From contig JAJFKH010000085.1 in the NCBI GenBank assembly GCA_021773305.1, positions 4,165-68,164 of the forward strand: 64,000 nucleotides of DNA. Direction: 5' to 3'. Below the pieces are notes generated by a model. That model did not search any database. It was not told the DNA's origin and saw only the letters and a program-made list of their open reading frames with translations. This document shows, in pieces, positions 48,398-58,752 of the stretch. Numbering within the stretch: the first letter of the stretch is position 1; the number at the start of each line of letters is the position of its first letter. Source of the stretch: Gammaproteobacteria bacterium. GTDB taxonomy: Bacteria; Pseudomonadota; Gammaproteobacteria; UBA1113. The translations under genes were made by a program, and so were the position numbers.

Positions 48398-50581
48398 TCA
48401 TAGCGCAAGTTTAGTGAGTTGATCCTTGAATTGAGTGATTTTGTTCCTTAACTCTTCTGGTGTCGTCTCTTGTAACGGATCTGATTTTTTTTCAAGATAT
48501 TCGAGTATTTCTTTTTGTGCAGCTTCTATTGCAGCTATATTTGCATTCATCATGTCTAGTGCAGATATGATTTTTTTTAATCCTATTTCTACGGGGCTGC
48601 ATTCTCCGATAAATTCTTTTAGTAATGCGTAATTGTCCTTGATGAGAAAATCCACCTTTTTAAGAATTTCGCCTTGTTGCTTTAGCAATCTTTTTTGTGT
48701 ACTTGTAGGTTTTCCCCTTGTCTGATGGACTGCTTTTTTGAGTTGAGTTTGGATTGGGAAGAGTTCGATTTGAAGTAGTAACATATCATTGTAGATCCCG
48801 AGAGCTTGTAGTCCATCCTTTTTTATCGTGTTTATCTTTCTTGTTTGAAAAAAGTCCTTAACGTCACTTGGCAATGGGGCTTTGCTCTTTTCTATTGGAA
48901 TAGCTTGGTGGGTTTTTCTTGCTTTATTTCGATGTAATCCCTGTAGTGTTAATTGAGTATCTTGAAGTTTTTGGTAGGCATTTATAATATCTGTGTCGTG
49001 GTAAAATATTTTTCTAACTTCAGGATCAAGCAACTGAATAAACGTTTTTTGCGATGTATCTTCTAAGCTCGCTCCGCTCAGGCCTTTTAAGGTGATGTAA
49101 CAAATTTGAATCGTCTTATCGATGGCTTGGAGGGTTTTCTCATCTTGTTGGTCATGGTGCTGGGATTGGGTTAATGCTGCGATCAATGAGTGATGGAAGT
49201 TTTTATCATGGATGATTTTCGTATCGAACAGTGCTTTTTGTAAAGGATGTTCATACTCAGATAAAATATGATGAGCAATGGGGAGGCCATCCTTTCCAGG
49301 CACGGTTAATGAGCTACCGTGAGCGATAAGTACTTTTAAAAATTCAGTGTAATCTTTGTCTTTTCGTTCGTAGCAGTAGGCAGCGGGTAATAGCTCACCA
49401 ACATTCTTCAGCGAGAAAGTTGTGCTGTTAATCGAAGTGGAGGTTCCGTGGGTCAATAGGAAATTAGCAAGCTGAGGGTTGTTTTGCATTAAGCTCATTT
49501 GAAACAGTCGAGGATCTAATGTGTCGGTAAAAGATTTGAGCATCAGTGCTAGGTCAAGTTCGTTTGAAAACAATAATGCTTTAAGTTGTTTATTACAGGC
49601 AGTATCGCTGATTTTTTTATGTTTTTGTAAAATGATTAAGTCATCTAGTGTGAATCTAACATCATCTATTTGTAATTCAGCATCGAGAACTGCGCGATGA
49701 TAGTGATAGATAATGTCGGTTTGTTCTTTTGTTGATGTGGTCTTATCGATTGCGTCGAAACTTTCAGCATTTGCGATGATGTCATCCATGAGTGTTTCAC
49801 GAGCTGTTTTTTCGCGTGGCTTAAGTGTGATTTTTGTAGGAGAAGCTGTTGTGGAAATAGCATCATCGTTGGTAACATCAGGTATGATTGCTTTTGGTGT
49901 GGGTTTTCCCAATATGGTTTTTTTAGGAATTGATTGCAGAAAATCACGAATTTTTCCCATAACTTTCATTTCGCCTGTAAGGGAGGTTTGGTAGCTGTAG
50001 CGAACTAAGGGTTTTAATTTTTTTATATGGGTTATTAATTTTTCCAAATAAGAGTTGTGATTTTGTATTAAATCTTTGGAAAGTTCCTCAAGCTCCTCTC
50101 CTCTCTTATTTTTTTCTTGTGTCAGAATTTCCCATGACGTTTTATGTTTTGCTCGGATCTTGGTGATGACATTCCAACTGTGTGTTGTAGCGTAAATCGC
50201 ACAAGCTGCACACTGGTTCGCATTGAGACTGATTGTTTCGTAGACGCCGTCTTCCTCTTTTTCTAAATGTATTTCTTGCTGTTGGTCGTTTTCATCGAAA
50301 TATACGTGAAGTCGGTATGTGTCGTTGTCGTTATTAAAGTAGCCTGTGTAGTGATAATTGCTTAATCGTGCATTATGTTTACTTTGTTGGTTGTACACAC
50401 TGAGGTGATGGCTGGTGAGAGTATAATCGAGCAAAAGAGGTGATTTTGCGGTGCAGGGCAACTCTAATACAACATAGGATCTGTTTGTTTTCTTTGTTTC
50501 TAATAGTTTAATTGCTGTGCAGCCTTCCGGTGTCACGCTACTATTGTCGAGTAAAAAATGATAGAGACCATTGTTTAGCAT
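48398..50581 (-). CDS. Large orphan protein with central ankyrin-like repeats and a coiled-coil-rich C-terminus; candidate effector
   Basis: 727 aa with no signal peptide. Residues about 375-450 contain ANK-like units (NNPQLANFLLTHGTSTSIN; YTEFLKVLIAHGSSLTVPGKDGLPIAHHIL). The rest has no recognisable family. Confidence 0.5.
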   Translation of the reverse strand: MLNNGLYHFLLDNSSVTPEGCTAIKLLETKKTNRSYVVLELPCTAKSPLLLDYTLTSHHLSVYNQQSKHNARLSNYHYTGYFNNDNDTYRLHVYFDENDQQQEIHLEKEEDGVYETISLNANQCAACAIYATTHSWNVITKIRAKHKTSWEILTQEKNKRGEELEELSKDLIQNHNSYLEKLITHIKKLKPLVRYSYQTSLTGEMKVMGKIRDFLQSIPKKTILGKPTPKAIIPDVTNDDAISTTASPTKITLKPREKTARETLMDDIIANAESFDAIDKTTSTKEQTDIIYHYHRAVLDAELQIDDVRFTLDDLIILQKHKKISDTACNKQLKALLFSNELDLALMLKSFTDTLDPRLFQMSLMQNNPQLANFLLTHGTSTSINSTTFSLKNVGELLPAAYCYERKDKDYTEFLKVLIAHGSSLTVPGKDGLPIAHHILSEYEHPLQKALFDTKIIHDKNFHHSLIAALTQSQHHDQQDEKTLQAIDKTIQICYITLKGLSGASLEDTSQKTFIQLLDPEVRKIFYHDTDIINAYQKLQDTQLTLQGLHRNKARKTHQAIPIEKSKAPLPSDVKDFFQTRKINTIKKDGLQALGIYNDMLLLQIELFPIQTQLKKAVHQTRGKPTSTQKRLLKQQGEILKKVDFLIKDNYALLKEFIGECSPVEIGLKKIISALDMMNANIAAIEAAQKEILEYLEKKSDPLQETTPEELRNKITQFKDQLTKLAL

Positions 50582-50666
50582 TATGATTTTCCTAATTTAT
50601 ATATATTTTGATTGATAGTTTAACAGCTAAATGAATATTTATCAAACTGTACTTGGTGCAGGTAGG

Positions 50667-50694
50667 ATTGCGCCAGGAGGATCTCCCGGCGCAA
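50667..50694 (-). terminator. GC-rich hairpin downstream of the Cys-rich protein gene
   Basis: ATTGCGCC-N12-GGCGCAAT (stem extendable with one mismatch), 10 nt after the stop at 50705. The T-run is on the plus side only, so the terminator function is uncertain. Confidence 0.35.
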
Positions 50695-50704
50695 TATTTT
50701 GGGG

Positions 50705-51082
50705 TTACAGATGAGGGGTATGGTTTAATACGTTTTTGCAAGTTTGGGTAAACTGATTAATATGCAAGGCGATACAGTTCATCATTGCATCTTTGTCACC
50801 AATGGCTTCACTACAGTATTTTTGAAAATCTGGCATACAGGCATCTAAAACCGGGCAACTTTCTTTGCCGAATAGTGCATGTTGACATTGCCGTGAAAAA
50901 CCGTTGGCGTTGTCTTTGATGCAGTGCTTCATCTTATCTGGATGATGTATGGCATCTTGGCAGTAACTATTGAAATCAGCTTGGCATGCCATGAGCTTAT
51001 GAGGATGGTTATGGTGTTCTTGATCTGCTTGGGCAACCGTAAAAACCAGTAAGCTTAATACGAGAGTGACAACTTTTTTCAT
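50705..51082 (-). CDS. Secreted protein with two cysteine-rich repeats (C-x7-C-x12-C-x11-C), GLG1/FGFR-type 'Cys-rich repeat'-like
   Basis: Signal peptide MKKVVTLVLSLLVFTVAQA. The repeats are CQADFNSYCQDAIHHPDKMKHCIKDNANGFSRQCQHAL and CMPDFQKYCSEAIGDKDAMMNCIALHINQFTQTCKNVL. Confidence 0.6.
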   Translation of the reverse strand: MKKVVTLVLSLLVFTVAQADQEHHNHPHKLMACQADFNSYCQDAIHHPDKMKHCIKDNANGFSRQCQHALFGKESCPVLDACMPDFQKYCSEAIGDKDAMMNCIALHINQFTQTCKNVLNHTPHL

Positions 51083-51241
51083 ATCTTAACTCCATTTTTT
51101 CAGTGAATATATATACTGCAATTTTACCTGCGAGCAGTATATTTCCATTCCACCATAATTAGCTAGGTTTGCAAAGGTTATTTTTGTGCAATCAATGTTC
51201 TATGTTATACTCGATACATAAAAAATTCAGGGGACTTAGAA

Positions 51242-51688
51242 ATGAGGCAATTCCACATCAGCAGTGGGTCGAAAAAGCTGGGATATCTTATTTTTCTTTT
51301 ACCACTTGTCGAAATTGCAGGCTTTATTATTGTAGGTCATTGGTTAGGCGTATTGGGTACCATCGGGCTTGTGATGTTGACGTCTTTTTTTGGCATGCTT
51401 TTGTTGAACCCAGCGGTACGCCTTATCCATTCAGGGAACCCTACGGAACAATTAATTGTTTCAAAGATATCAGGTATCTTATTGTTTTTGCCTGGGTTTT
51501 TTACAGATACGTTAGGCTTGCTCTTATTGTTTCCAGGGTTTCGAGTGATGCTAGGCAAATGCCTTATCAAGTTCCAATTTAAGGATTTTAGCAATTTTCA
51601 AGAAGGGTTTTCGTCGAAGACACAAAAGCCTGAGGATAGCGAAGCCATCGAAGGCGAATGTTGGCAGGATGATAACAAAAAAGACTAA
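51242..51688 (+). CDS. fxsA: FxsA-family inner-membrane protein
   Basis: LLPLVEIAGFIIVG...GFFTDTLGLLLLFPGFR is the FxsA signature. Sits upstream of groES as in E. coli. Confidence 0.85.
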   Translation: MRQFHISSGSKKLGYLIFLLPLVEIAGFIIVGHWLGVLGTIGLVMLTSFFGMLLLNPAVRLIHSGNPTEQLIVSKISGILLFLPGFFTDTLGLLLLFPGFRVMLGKCLIKFQFKDFSNFQEGFSSKTQKPEDSEAIEGECWQDDNKKD

Positions 51689-51690
51689 TC

Positions 51691-51718
51691 CTTGAATTTT
51701 TTTATTCTGACCCCAAAT
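51691..51718 (+). promoter_or_regulatory. Sigma32 (RpoH) heat-shock promoter of groESL
   Basis: CTTGAA (51691-51696), a 14-nt spacer, then CCCCAAAT (51711-51718). Compare the consensus CTTGAAA-N13-15-CCCCATNT. Confidence 0.7.
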
Positions 51719-51724
51719 ATAAAC

Positions 51725-51753
51725 TTGACAGTTTGCTATACATCACTGATTAT
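51725..51753 (+). promoter_or_regulatory. Candidate sigma70 promoter of groESL
   Basis: TTGACA (51725-51730), a 17-nt spacer, then GATTAT (51748-51753), immediately abutting the CIRCE element. Confidence 0.5.
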
Positions 51754-51779
51754 TAGCACTCTATGCTCTAGAGTGCCAA
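51753..51779 (+). promoter_or_regulatory. CIRCE operator (HrcA binding site)
   Basis: TTAGCACTC-N9-GAGTGCCAA against the consensus TTAGCACTC-N9-GAGTGCTAA: one mismatch. Lies 63 nt upstream of groES. Confidence 0.8.
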
Positions 51780-51841
51780 GGTTTGGTTATTGTATGAGCA
51801 GAAGTAGATAAGTCTAATACAATGAGGAGATAAACTGTATT

Positions 51842-52129
51842 ATGAGTAATATTAGACCATTACGTGATCGTATCGTTGTCAGCCGTCAAGCGGAGACAAC
51901 CTCAGCAGGTGGCATTGTGATCCCTGATACAGCTGCTGAAAAGCCTGTTTTAGGTATTGTTGCTGCGGTAGGGCCGGGCAAAACCACGGATAGTGGGACT
52001 GTACTTGAACCAGCTGTGAAAAAAGGCGATAAAGTCTTATTTGGTAAGTACGCTGGTACAGAAATAGAGCTTGAAGGTGAACAATATGTTGTGATGCGTG
52101 AAGACGACGTCATGGCTGTTGTTGAGTAA
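51842..52129 (+). CDS. groES: Co-chaperonin GroES
   Basis: [10 protein letters not shown]...[13 protein letters not shown] mobile-loop region. 95 aa. Confidence 0.95.
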   Translation: MSNIRPLRDRIVVSRQAETTSAGGIVIPDTAAEKPVLGIVAAVGPGKTTDSGTVLEPAVKKGDKVLFGKYAGTEIELEGEQYVVMREDDVMAVVE

Positions 52130-52162
52130 GTCAAATTCCAAGTATTGAAAGAGGGTAAATAA

Positions 52163-53818
<1,656 letters not shown>

Positions 53819-53858
53819 GCTGCTTATAGTATACCTTTTACTGACACTTGTTCAGCTT

Positions 53859-53885
53859 AAAAGCCCGCCTTGTGCGGGCTTTTTT
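53859..53885. terminator. Bidirectional intrinsic terminator between groEL and pilU
   Basis: AAAAGCCCGC-CTTGT-GCGGGCTTTTTT: a perfect 10-bp stem flanked by an A-run and a T-run. Confidence 0.8.
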
Positions 53886-55047
53886 AATCATCATCTTTAT
53901 GTATAATAAATTCTCCTGGGTGATGGGGTTTATTTTTTTTATTTTCTTTATGAGATAGGCTAAGCTCATTACCTGCATCTTCAACGGTTCCTTTTTCTAG
54001 GGCGATTTTTAAGCGTAGATTATTTTGTGAGTCGGCATTTAGAAGTGCTTCTTCTTCAGAAATTTTTCCTGTTTGATAGAGTTTATATAAAGCCATATCA
54101 AACGTTTGCATGCCAAGGTTTTCTGATTTTTCCATGATGGATTTGATATTTTCAATGTCCCCTCGACGAATTAAATCATGAATTAAAGGTGTTCCAACCA
54201 AGACTTCTACGGCGGGTATTCGTTTGCCATCTAATGAAGGGATTAATCGTTGGGATATAATAGCTTGTAGATTTAAAGAAAGATCAAGCATGATTTGTTC
54301 TCGTCGATTAGAAGAAAAGAAATGGATAATGCGATCCAATGCTTGTTCTGCATTACCTGCATGGAGCGTGGATAGACACAGATGACCTGTTTCTGAAAAT
54401 GAAATGGCATATTCCATGGTTTCTTGAGTGCGTATTTCACCGATTAATATAACATCTGGTGCTTGGCGTAAGGTGTTTTTTAATGCATCCCCATAGTTAA
54501 GAGTATCAATGCCGACTTCTCTTTGGTTAATAATGGATGTCTTATTGGCATGGACAAATTCAATAGGATCTTCCACAGTAATAATATGGCCATCGGAGTG
54601 AGTATTACGATGATCGACCATCGAAGCGAGAGTTGTTGATTTCCCTGTTGAGGTCGCGCCGACCAACAGGCAAAGTCCACGTTTTTCCATGACTAATTTT
54701 TTTAGAATGGGGGGTAAACCGAGCTCTTCAATGGTGGGGATCACGCTTTTAATGGCTCGGATCACCATGGCTAATTCATTACGTTGTTGGAACAGGTTGA
54801 TGCGAAAGCGCCCTAATTGGGGATCCGTAAAGGCCATATTGAGTTCAGGATGCTTATCGAATTGCAATAATTTTTCAGGCGAAATGATATCCAATGCGAT
54901 ATCTCTGACTTTGCCAGGAGGAAGTACGGCGTTATCGATAGTTTTGATTCGGCCATGGATGCGGATGGATGGAGGAGCATGTGTTGTCAGAAAAAGATCG
55001 GATGCTTCATGTTCCACCATGATTTTTAAGTACTTTTTGAAAATCAT
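53884..55047 (-). CDS. pilU: PilT/PilU-family type IV pilus ATPase (PilU-like)
   Basis: MVEHEASDLFLTTHAPPSIRIHG start, Walker A GATSTGKST, EDPIEF, and TGHLCLSTLHA. Start taken at the Met at 55047 within track ORF 53884-55089. Confidence 0.8.
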   Translation of the reverse strand: MIFKKYLKIMVEHEASDLFLTTHAPPSIRIHGRIKTIDNAVLPPGKVRDIALDIISPEKLLQFDKHPELNMAFTDPQLGRFRINLFQQRNELAMVIRAIKSVIPTIEELGLPPILKKLVMEKRGLCLLVGATSTGKSTTLASMVDHRNTHSDGHIITVEDPIEFVHANKTSIINQREVGIDTLNYGDALKNTLRQAPDVILIGEIRTQETMEYAISFSETGHLCLSTLHAGNAEQALDRIIHFFSSNRREQIMLDLSLNLQAIISQRLIPSLDGKRIPAVEVLVGTPLIHDLIRRGDIENIKSIMEKSENLGMQTFDMALYKLYQTGKISEEEALLNADSQNNLRLKIALEKGTVEDAGNELSLSHKENKKNKPHHPGEFIIHKDDD

Positions 55048-55116
55048 AAAGGCTCGTGGCTTAGCTATATATATGATAAAGCATAGCACAGAGAAGTTAA
55101 TTTTACCCTTAAGAAC

Positions 55117-55575
55117 CTATTCCATGTCTAAAATAGCATGCCATTGTTCTTCTGTGACGGGAGTAATGGAGAGGCGATTGCCTGGTTTTAGTAGCTGCAT
55201 TCCGCTCAGCGCGGGGTTTTCTTTTAATTCTTCGAGACTAATCATTCGGGATAGCTTTGTTTTAAATTTCACATTAACCATAAACCAGCGTGGATTGTCT
55301 TCGGAGCTTTTCGGATCGTAGTAAGGGCTTGTGGGATCTAGAGCAGTATGATCGGGGTAAGCTTCCTTGACGACTTCCATCGTGCCAACCACCCCAGGAG
55401 GTTTGCAATTGGAGTGATAAAAAAGGATACCGTCACCTTTTCTCATTTCATCACGCATCATGTTTCTTGCTTGGTAATTACGGATCCCATCCCAGTGGTC
55501 AGTCTTTTTTGGGCATGCAATTAAATGATCAATACCAAAAGTGACAGGTTCAGACTTCATTAGCCAGTATTTCAT
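55117..55575 (-). CDS. EVE (PUA-like) domain protein
   Basis: MKYWLMKSEP...WDGIRNYQARNMMRDEMRKGDGILFYHS is the EVE-domain signature. Confidence 0.8.
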   Translation of the reverse strand: MKYWLMKSEPVTFGIDHLIACPKKTDHWDGIRNYQARNMMRDEMRKGDGILFYHSNCKPPGVVGTMEVVKEAYPDHTALDPTSPYYDPKSSEDNPRWFMVNVKFKTKLSRMISLEELKENPALSGMQLLKPGNRLSITPVTEEQWHAILDME

Positions 55576-55715
55576 TTTGTTTTTTCCTTTAATGCCATAC
55601 CCATAGCGAATAATTTTTCGGTTTTCTAGCTTGCTCTTTTAACCCCTATTGTACAATTAAATCTTGGTAATAAGAATGGCTATTACCTGCGCTATACATA
55701 CCGATAAATCATCCG

Positions 55716-56309
55716 CTATGAGTCTAGATTGATTAAATAAACGGTTTGGTCAGTCACCACGCCATCTAAAGGGACATCCCAAGTCTCTGCCTGAATTTTT
55801 TTGGTTTTTTGGAAATCATGGGCTAGTCCGAGTAGTAGCGTATCGTGAGCTTGGGTTTTTGTAAAGGCAAAACAACGATCGTAAAACCCTGCCCCCATAC
55901 CAATACGGTTTCCCATTAAGTCAAATTGTACCAATGGCATAAAAGCAATATCCAGATCTTGGGGGGAGCAGACATGACTTTCATGATAAAGAGGTTCTAG
56001 GATACCGTAACGATTAGCTGTTAACGGATCTCCTGGGGTATAAGCCAGAAATAGCATGCCAAAGGATTTGTTTGGATCAATCACAGGTAAATAGCACTGT
56101 TTTCCTTGGTGATAGCATGCCTCAAGCAATGGCATCGGATCTAGCTCTCCATCATTTGCGACATAAAAAGCAAATCGTTTTTTATGGGTTAGCAAGGGAT
56201 GGTCGATAATGTTCATGGCGACGTTATTGGCATTCATTTCTTGTTCGGCACTCGATAAGTGGCGGCGCTGGAGTCGTGAAGAGTGCCTTAATTTTGTTCT
56301 ATTCCCCAC
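55716..56309 (-). CDS. ygfA: 5-formyltetrahydrofolate cyclo-ligase
   Basis: N-terminal LR...R..LS..EQ pattern, DGELD, and LVQFDLMGNRIGMGAGFYDR. GTG start overlaps the zapA stop by 1 nt. Confidence 0.85.
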   Translation of the reverse strand: MGNRTKLRHSSRLQRRHLSSAEQEMNANNVAMNIIDHPLLTHKKRFAFYVANDGELDPMPLLEACYHQGKQCYLPVIDPNKSFGMLFLAYTPGDPLTANRYGILEPLYHESHVCSPQDLDIAFMPLVQFDLMGNRIGMGAGFYDRCFAFTKTQAHDTLLLGLAHDFQKTKKIQAETWDVPLDGVVTDQTVYLINLDS

Positions 56310-56632
56310 TAACTCTCCTCAGTATCTACAAGGACAGTATCGAGCTTTTCTCGGAGTATTTGCAAGCGGTTTACGATGGTTTTTGAATGATCCGAACTTT
56401 TTTCTTTAAGATTGAGGTAGTCATGGGTAATGTTGAGAGCGGCCATGACAAGAGTTCGCTCAAAATCTACTAATTTTCCTGAATCTCGTATGGATTGTAC
56501 GGCATGACTCAAATAGCTCGCTGCTTTTTCAAGTTGGTCTTGCTGGTTCTTTCCGCATTTAACCGGAAATTTGCGATTGAGGATCTTAATGGTAAAAGGT
56601 TCTTCAATTTTAAGGGATGTTGCTGTGCTCAT
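56309..56632 (-). CDS. zapA: Cell-division protein ZapA
   Basis: IKILNRKFPVKCGKNQQDQLEKAASYL... is typical of ZapA. zapA-ygfA synteny. Start taken at the internal Met (track ORF extends to 56665). Confidence 0.8.
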   Translation of the reverse strand: MSTATSLKIEEPFTIKILNRKFPVKCGKNQQDQLEKAASYLSHAVQSIRDSGKLVDFERTLVMAALNITHDYLNLKEKSSDHSKTIVNRLQILREKLDTVLVDTEES

Positions 56633-56792
56633 GACTGCCTCATTTTTAAAACCTACACATTCCATACTTATGAAGATTTATGATTATCCTTTATAAGTAT
56701 GTGTGCGGGATTCTGACTCTACGCTGGTGAGAGTCAATATAGACCCTGGTTTATAAAAGTGCAAATAAAAATTTTGTACAATACCCCATAGG

Positions 56793-57431
56793 GTGTTAAA
56801 ATTTTCCACGAGTAGATTTGTCCATAGGCAAGCGGGGATTGAATTGAGTATAAAACTACCTTGTTATCAAGCAGTTAGAGAGGCTTTGGGTCAAGCGTCT
56901 GCTGTTGTTTCGCCCTCGGAGGCCCATGGATTGCTGTGTGGATTACTCACTGTGGGCAAAGTCCAGAATATGGATGGGACTCTATGGGTGCGAGCTATTA
57001 CCTCCGATCTTGAGTCTGATGTTCAGCTTGCACCAGACAAAGCTAAAGTACTGAGCTTGTTGTTTAATTTAACGAAAGAAATGTTTGAAGAGCTGGAATT
57101 TAACTTTACTTTATTGGTACCAGAAGAAGATGTTGCGCTTACGGCTAGAGCAGAAGAACTTGGAATGTGGTGCCAAGGATATCTGTCAGGGCTGGGCTTG
57201 GGAGACATCAATTTAGACAGTATAAAAAATGACGAGGTAAATGATATTTTACATAAAATTAGTGAAATATCTCAAATTGATTATGAACACTTAGACGTTT
57301 CTGAAGCAGATGAAAGTGCCTTTGTAGAGGTGAGTGAATTTATACGTATTGCGGTGATGTCACTTCATTTAGAGGTTCTTCAATATAAGCAAAGTGATGA
57401 TGGTGGTCATTCTGGTGGTCATTATCATTGA
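56793..57431 (+). CDS. ygfB: UPF0149 family protein YgfB
   Basis: SPSEAHGLLCGLL and WCQGYLSGLG motifs. Upstream of pepP as in E. coli. The true start may be TTG 56844. Confidence 0.75.
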   Translation: MLKFSTSRFVHRQAGIELSIKLPCYQAVREALGQASAVVSPSEAHGLLCGLLTVGKVQNMDGTLWVRAITSDLESDVQLAPDKAKVLSLLFNLTKEMFEELEFNFTLLVPEEDVALTARAEELGMWCQGYLSGLGLGDINLDSIKNDEVNDILHKISEISQIDYEHLDVSEADESAFVEVSEFIRIAVMSLHLEVLQYKQSDDGGHSGGHYH

Positions 57432-58752
57432 CAGCAAAAAAGAGGTTTTAGGGGAATATGCTAAGCGAAGACAGGTGCTGTGGCAGGCGATGGAAGATAA
57501 TTCCATCGCTATCTTATCAGCACAAAACGAAGTGATTCGTAATGGTGATGCTCATTTTCCCTATCGCCAAGGAAGTAATTTTTATTATTTGACAGGTTTT
57601 GAAGAGCCAGAATCTGTGATGGTATTGCTTAAAGAGCAGAGCCATTGTCATTATATTTTATTTTCAAGGCCTCTTGATCCAAAGCAAGAACGGTGGACCG
57701 GTAAACGAGTAGGGCAACGTGGTGCAATGGAATGTTATGGTGCAGATGATGCTTATCCCATTGACCAGTTGGAAGAGCAGCTCAGTCATTTATTAGAAGA
57801 CAAAAATGCAATTTACTATCCTATTGCAAGAGATGCTGGTTGTGATGAGACCATTATGAGGTTAATGGAACATATTTACGAAAAACAGCGTAAAGGCATT
57901 GGTGCGCCGGAAAAAATAGTCAATATAGAAACCATCCTGCATCCCATGCGATTGATAAAAAGTGAATATGAAATTGAAATGATGCAAAAAGCTGCGGACA
58001 TCAGCGTTGCAGCTCATCGGCGAGCTATGACAATGTGTCGGCCAGGCTTGTATGAATATCAAATAGAAGCTGAAATCCTTCACGAATTTCACGGACATGG
58101 CTGCCCAGTCCCTGCATATCCATCCATTGTGGCCAGTGGTGAAAATGGATGTATTTTACATTATATTGAAAATAACGCCGTTGTTAACGATGGAGATTTG
58201 CTGTTAATCGATGCAGGGGCGGAATATCAAAATTATGCTGCCGATATTACCCGAACGTTTCCAGCTAATGGTCGATTTACACAAGAGCAAAGGGCTATCT
58301 ATGAATTGGTGCTAGATGCCCAACTCAGCGGCATTCAAGTTGTCAAACCGGGAGTTCCTTGGCCTAAGATCCAAGAAATTATCGTTGAAATTTTAACCCA
58401 AGGTCTTTTGGATTTAGGAATATTACAGGGTAAATTTCAGGATTTAATTGCCAACCAGAGTTACAATGAATTTTATATGCATAACTCAGGTCATTGGTTG
58501 GGATTAGATGTTCATGATGCAGGCCCCTATAAAAAAGATAAACAGCCTATCCCATTGCAACCGGGAATGGTCTTAACGGTGGAGCCTGGAATTTATATTG
58601 ATCCGAATAATCATCAAGTTGATGAAAAATGGCATGGCATAGCGGTACGTATTGAAGATGATGTTTTAGTTACAGCCCAAGGACATTGTGTTCTATCGGG
58701 GGCTTTGCCAAAGACTGTTGAAAAAATTGAATCCTTAATGAATCATGGCTAG
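57394..58752 (+). CDS. pepP: Xaa-Pro aminopeptidase PepP
   Basis: PYRQGSNFYYLTGFEEPE, metal ligands in LIDAGAEYQNYAADITRTFP, and HWLGLDVHD. The start codon is uncertain: the homologous region begins near 57450, and the upstream ATGs overlap ygfB. Confidence 0.88.
   Translation: MMMVVILVVIIIDSKKEVLGEYAKRRQVLWQAMEDNSIAILSAQNEVIRNGDAHFPYRQGSNFYYLTGFEEPESVMVLLKEQSHCHYILFSRPLDPKQERWTGKRVGQRGAMECYGADDAYPIDQLEEQLSHLLEDKNAIYYPIARDAGCDETIMRLMEHIYEKQRKGIGAPEKIVNIETILHPMRLIKSEYEIEMMQKAADISVAAHRRAMTMCRPGLYEYQIEAEILHEFHGHGCPVPAYPSIVASGENGCILHYIENNAVVNDGDLLLIDAGAEYQNYAADITRTFPANGRFTQEQRAIYELVLDAQLSGIQVVKPGVPWPKIQEIIVEILTQGLLDLGILQGKFQDLIANQSYNEFYMHNSGHWLGLDVHDAGPYKKDKQPIPLQPGMVLTVEPGIYIDPNNHQVDEKWHGIAVRIEDDVLVTAQGHCVLSGALPKTVEKIESLMNHG

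Noticed and set aside
51169-51582. 137-aa ORF overlapping fxsA in another frame
   Set aside because: The FxsA frame (51242-51688) has the family signature. The alternative frame has no hydrophobic pattern or motif.
54689-55321. 210-aa plus-strand ORF across pilU and the EVE-domain gene
   Set aside because: It is antisense to two well-supported genes and crosses their intergenic region. The translation has no recognisable features.
56250-56700. Expected 6S RNA gene (ssrS) between zapA and ygfA, as in E. coli
   Set aside because: The zapA stop (56309-56311) and the GTG start of ygfA (56309-56307) overlap, and the ygfA N-terminus aligns with family N-termini, so there is no intergenic space. 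I could not recognise a 6S-like structure by eye in the flanking gaps (55576-55715, 56666-56792). A covariance-model scan is needed.
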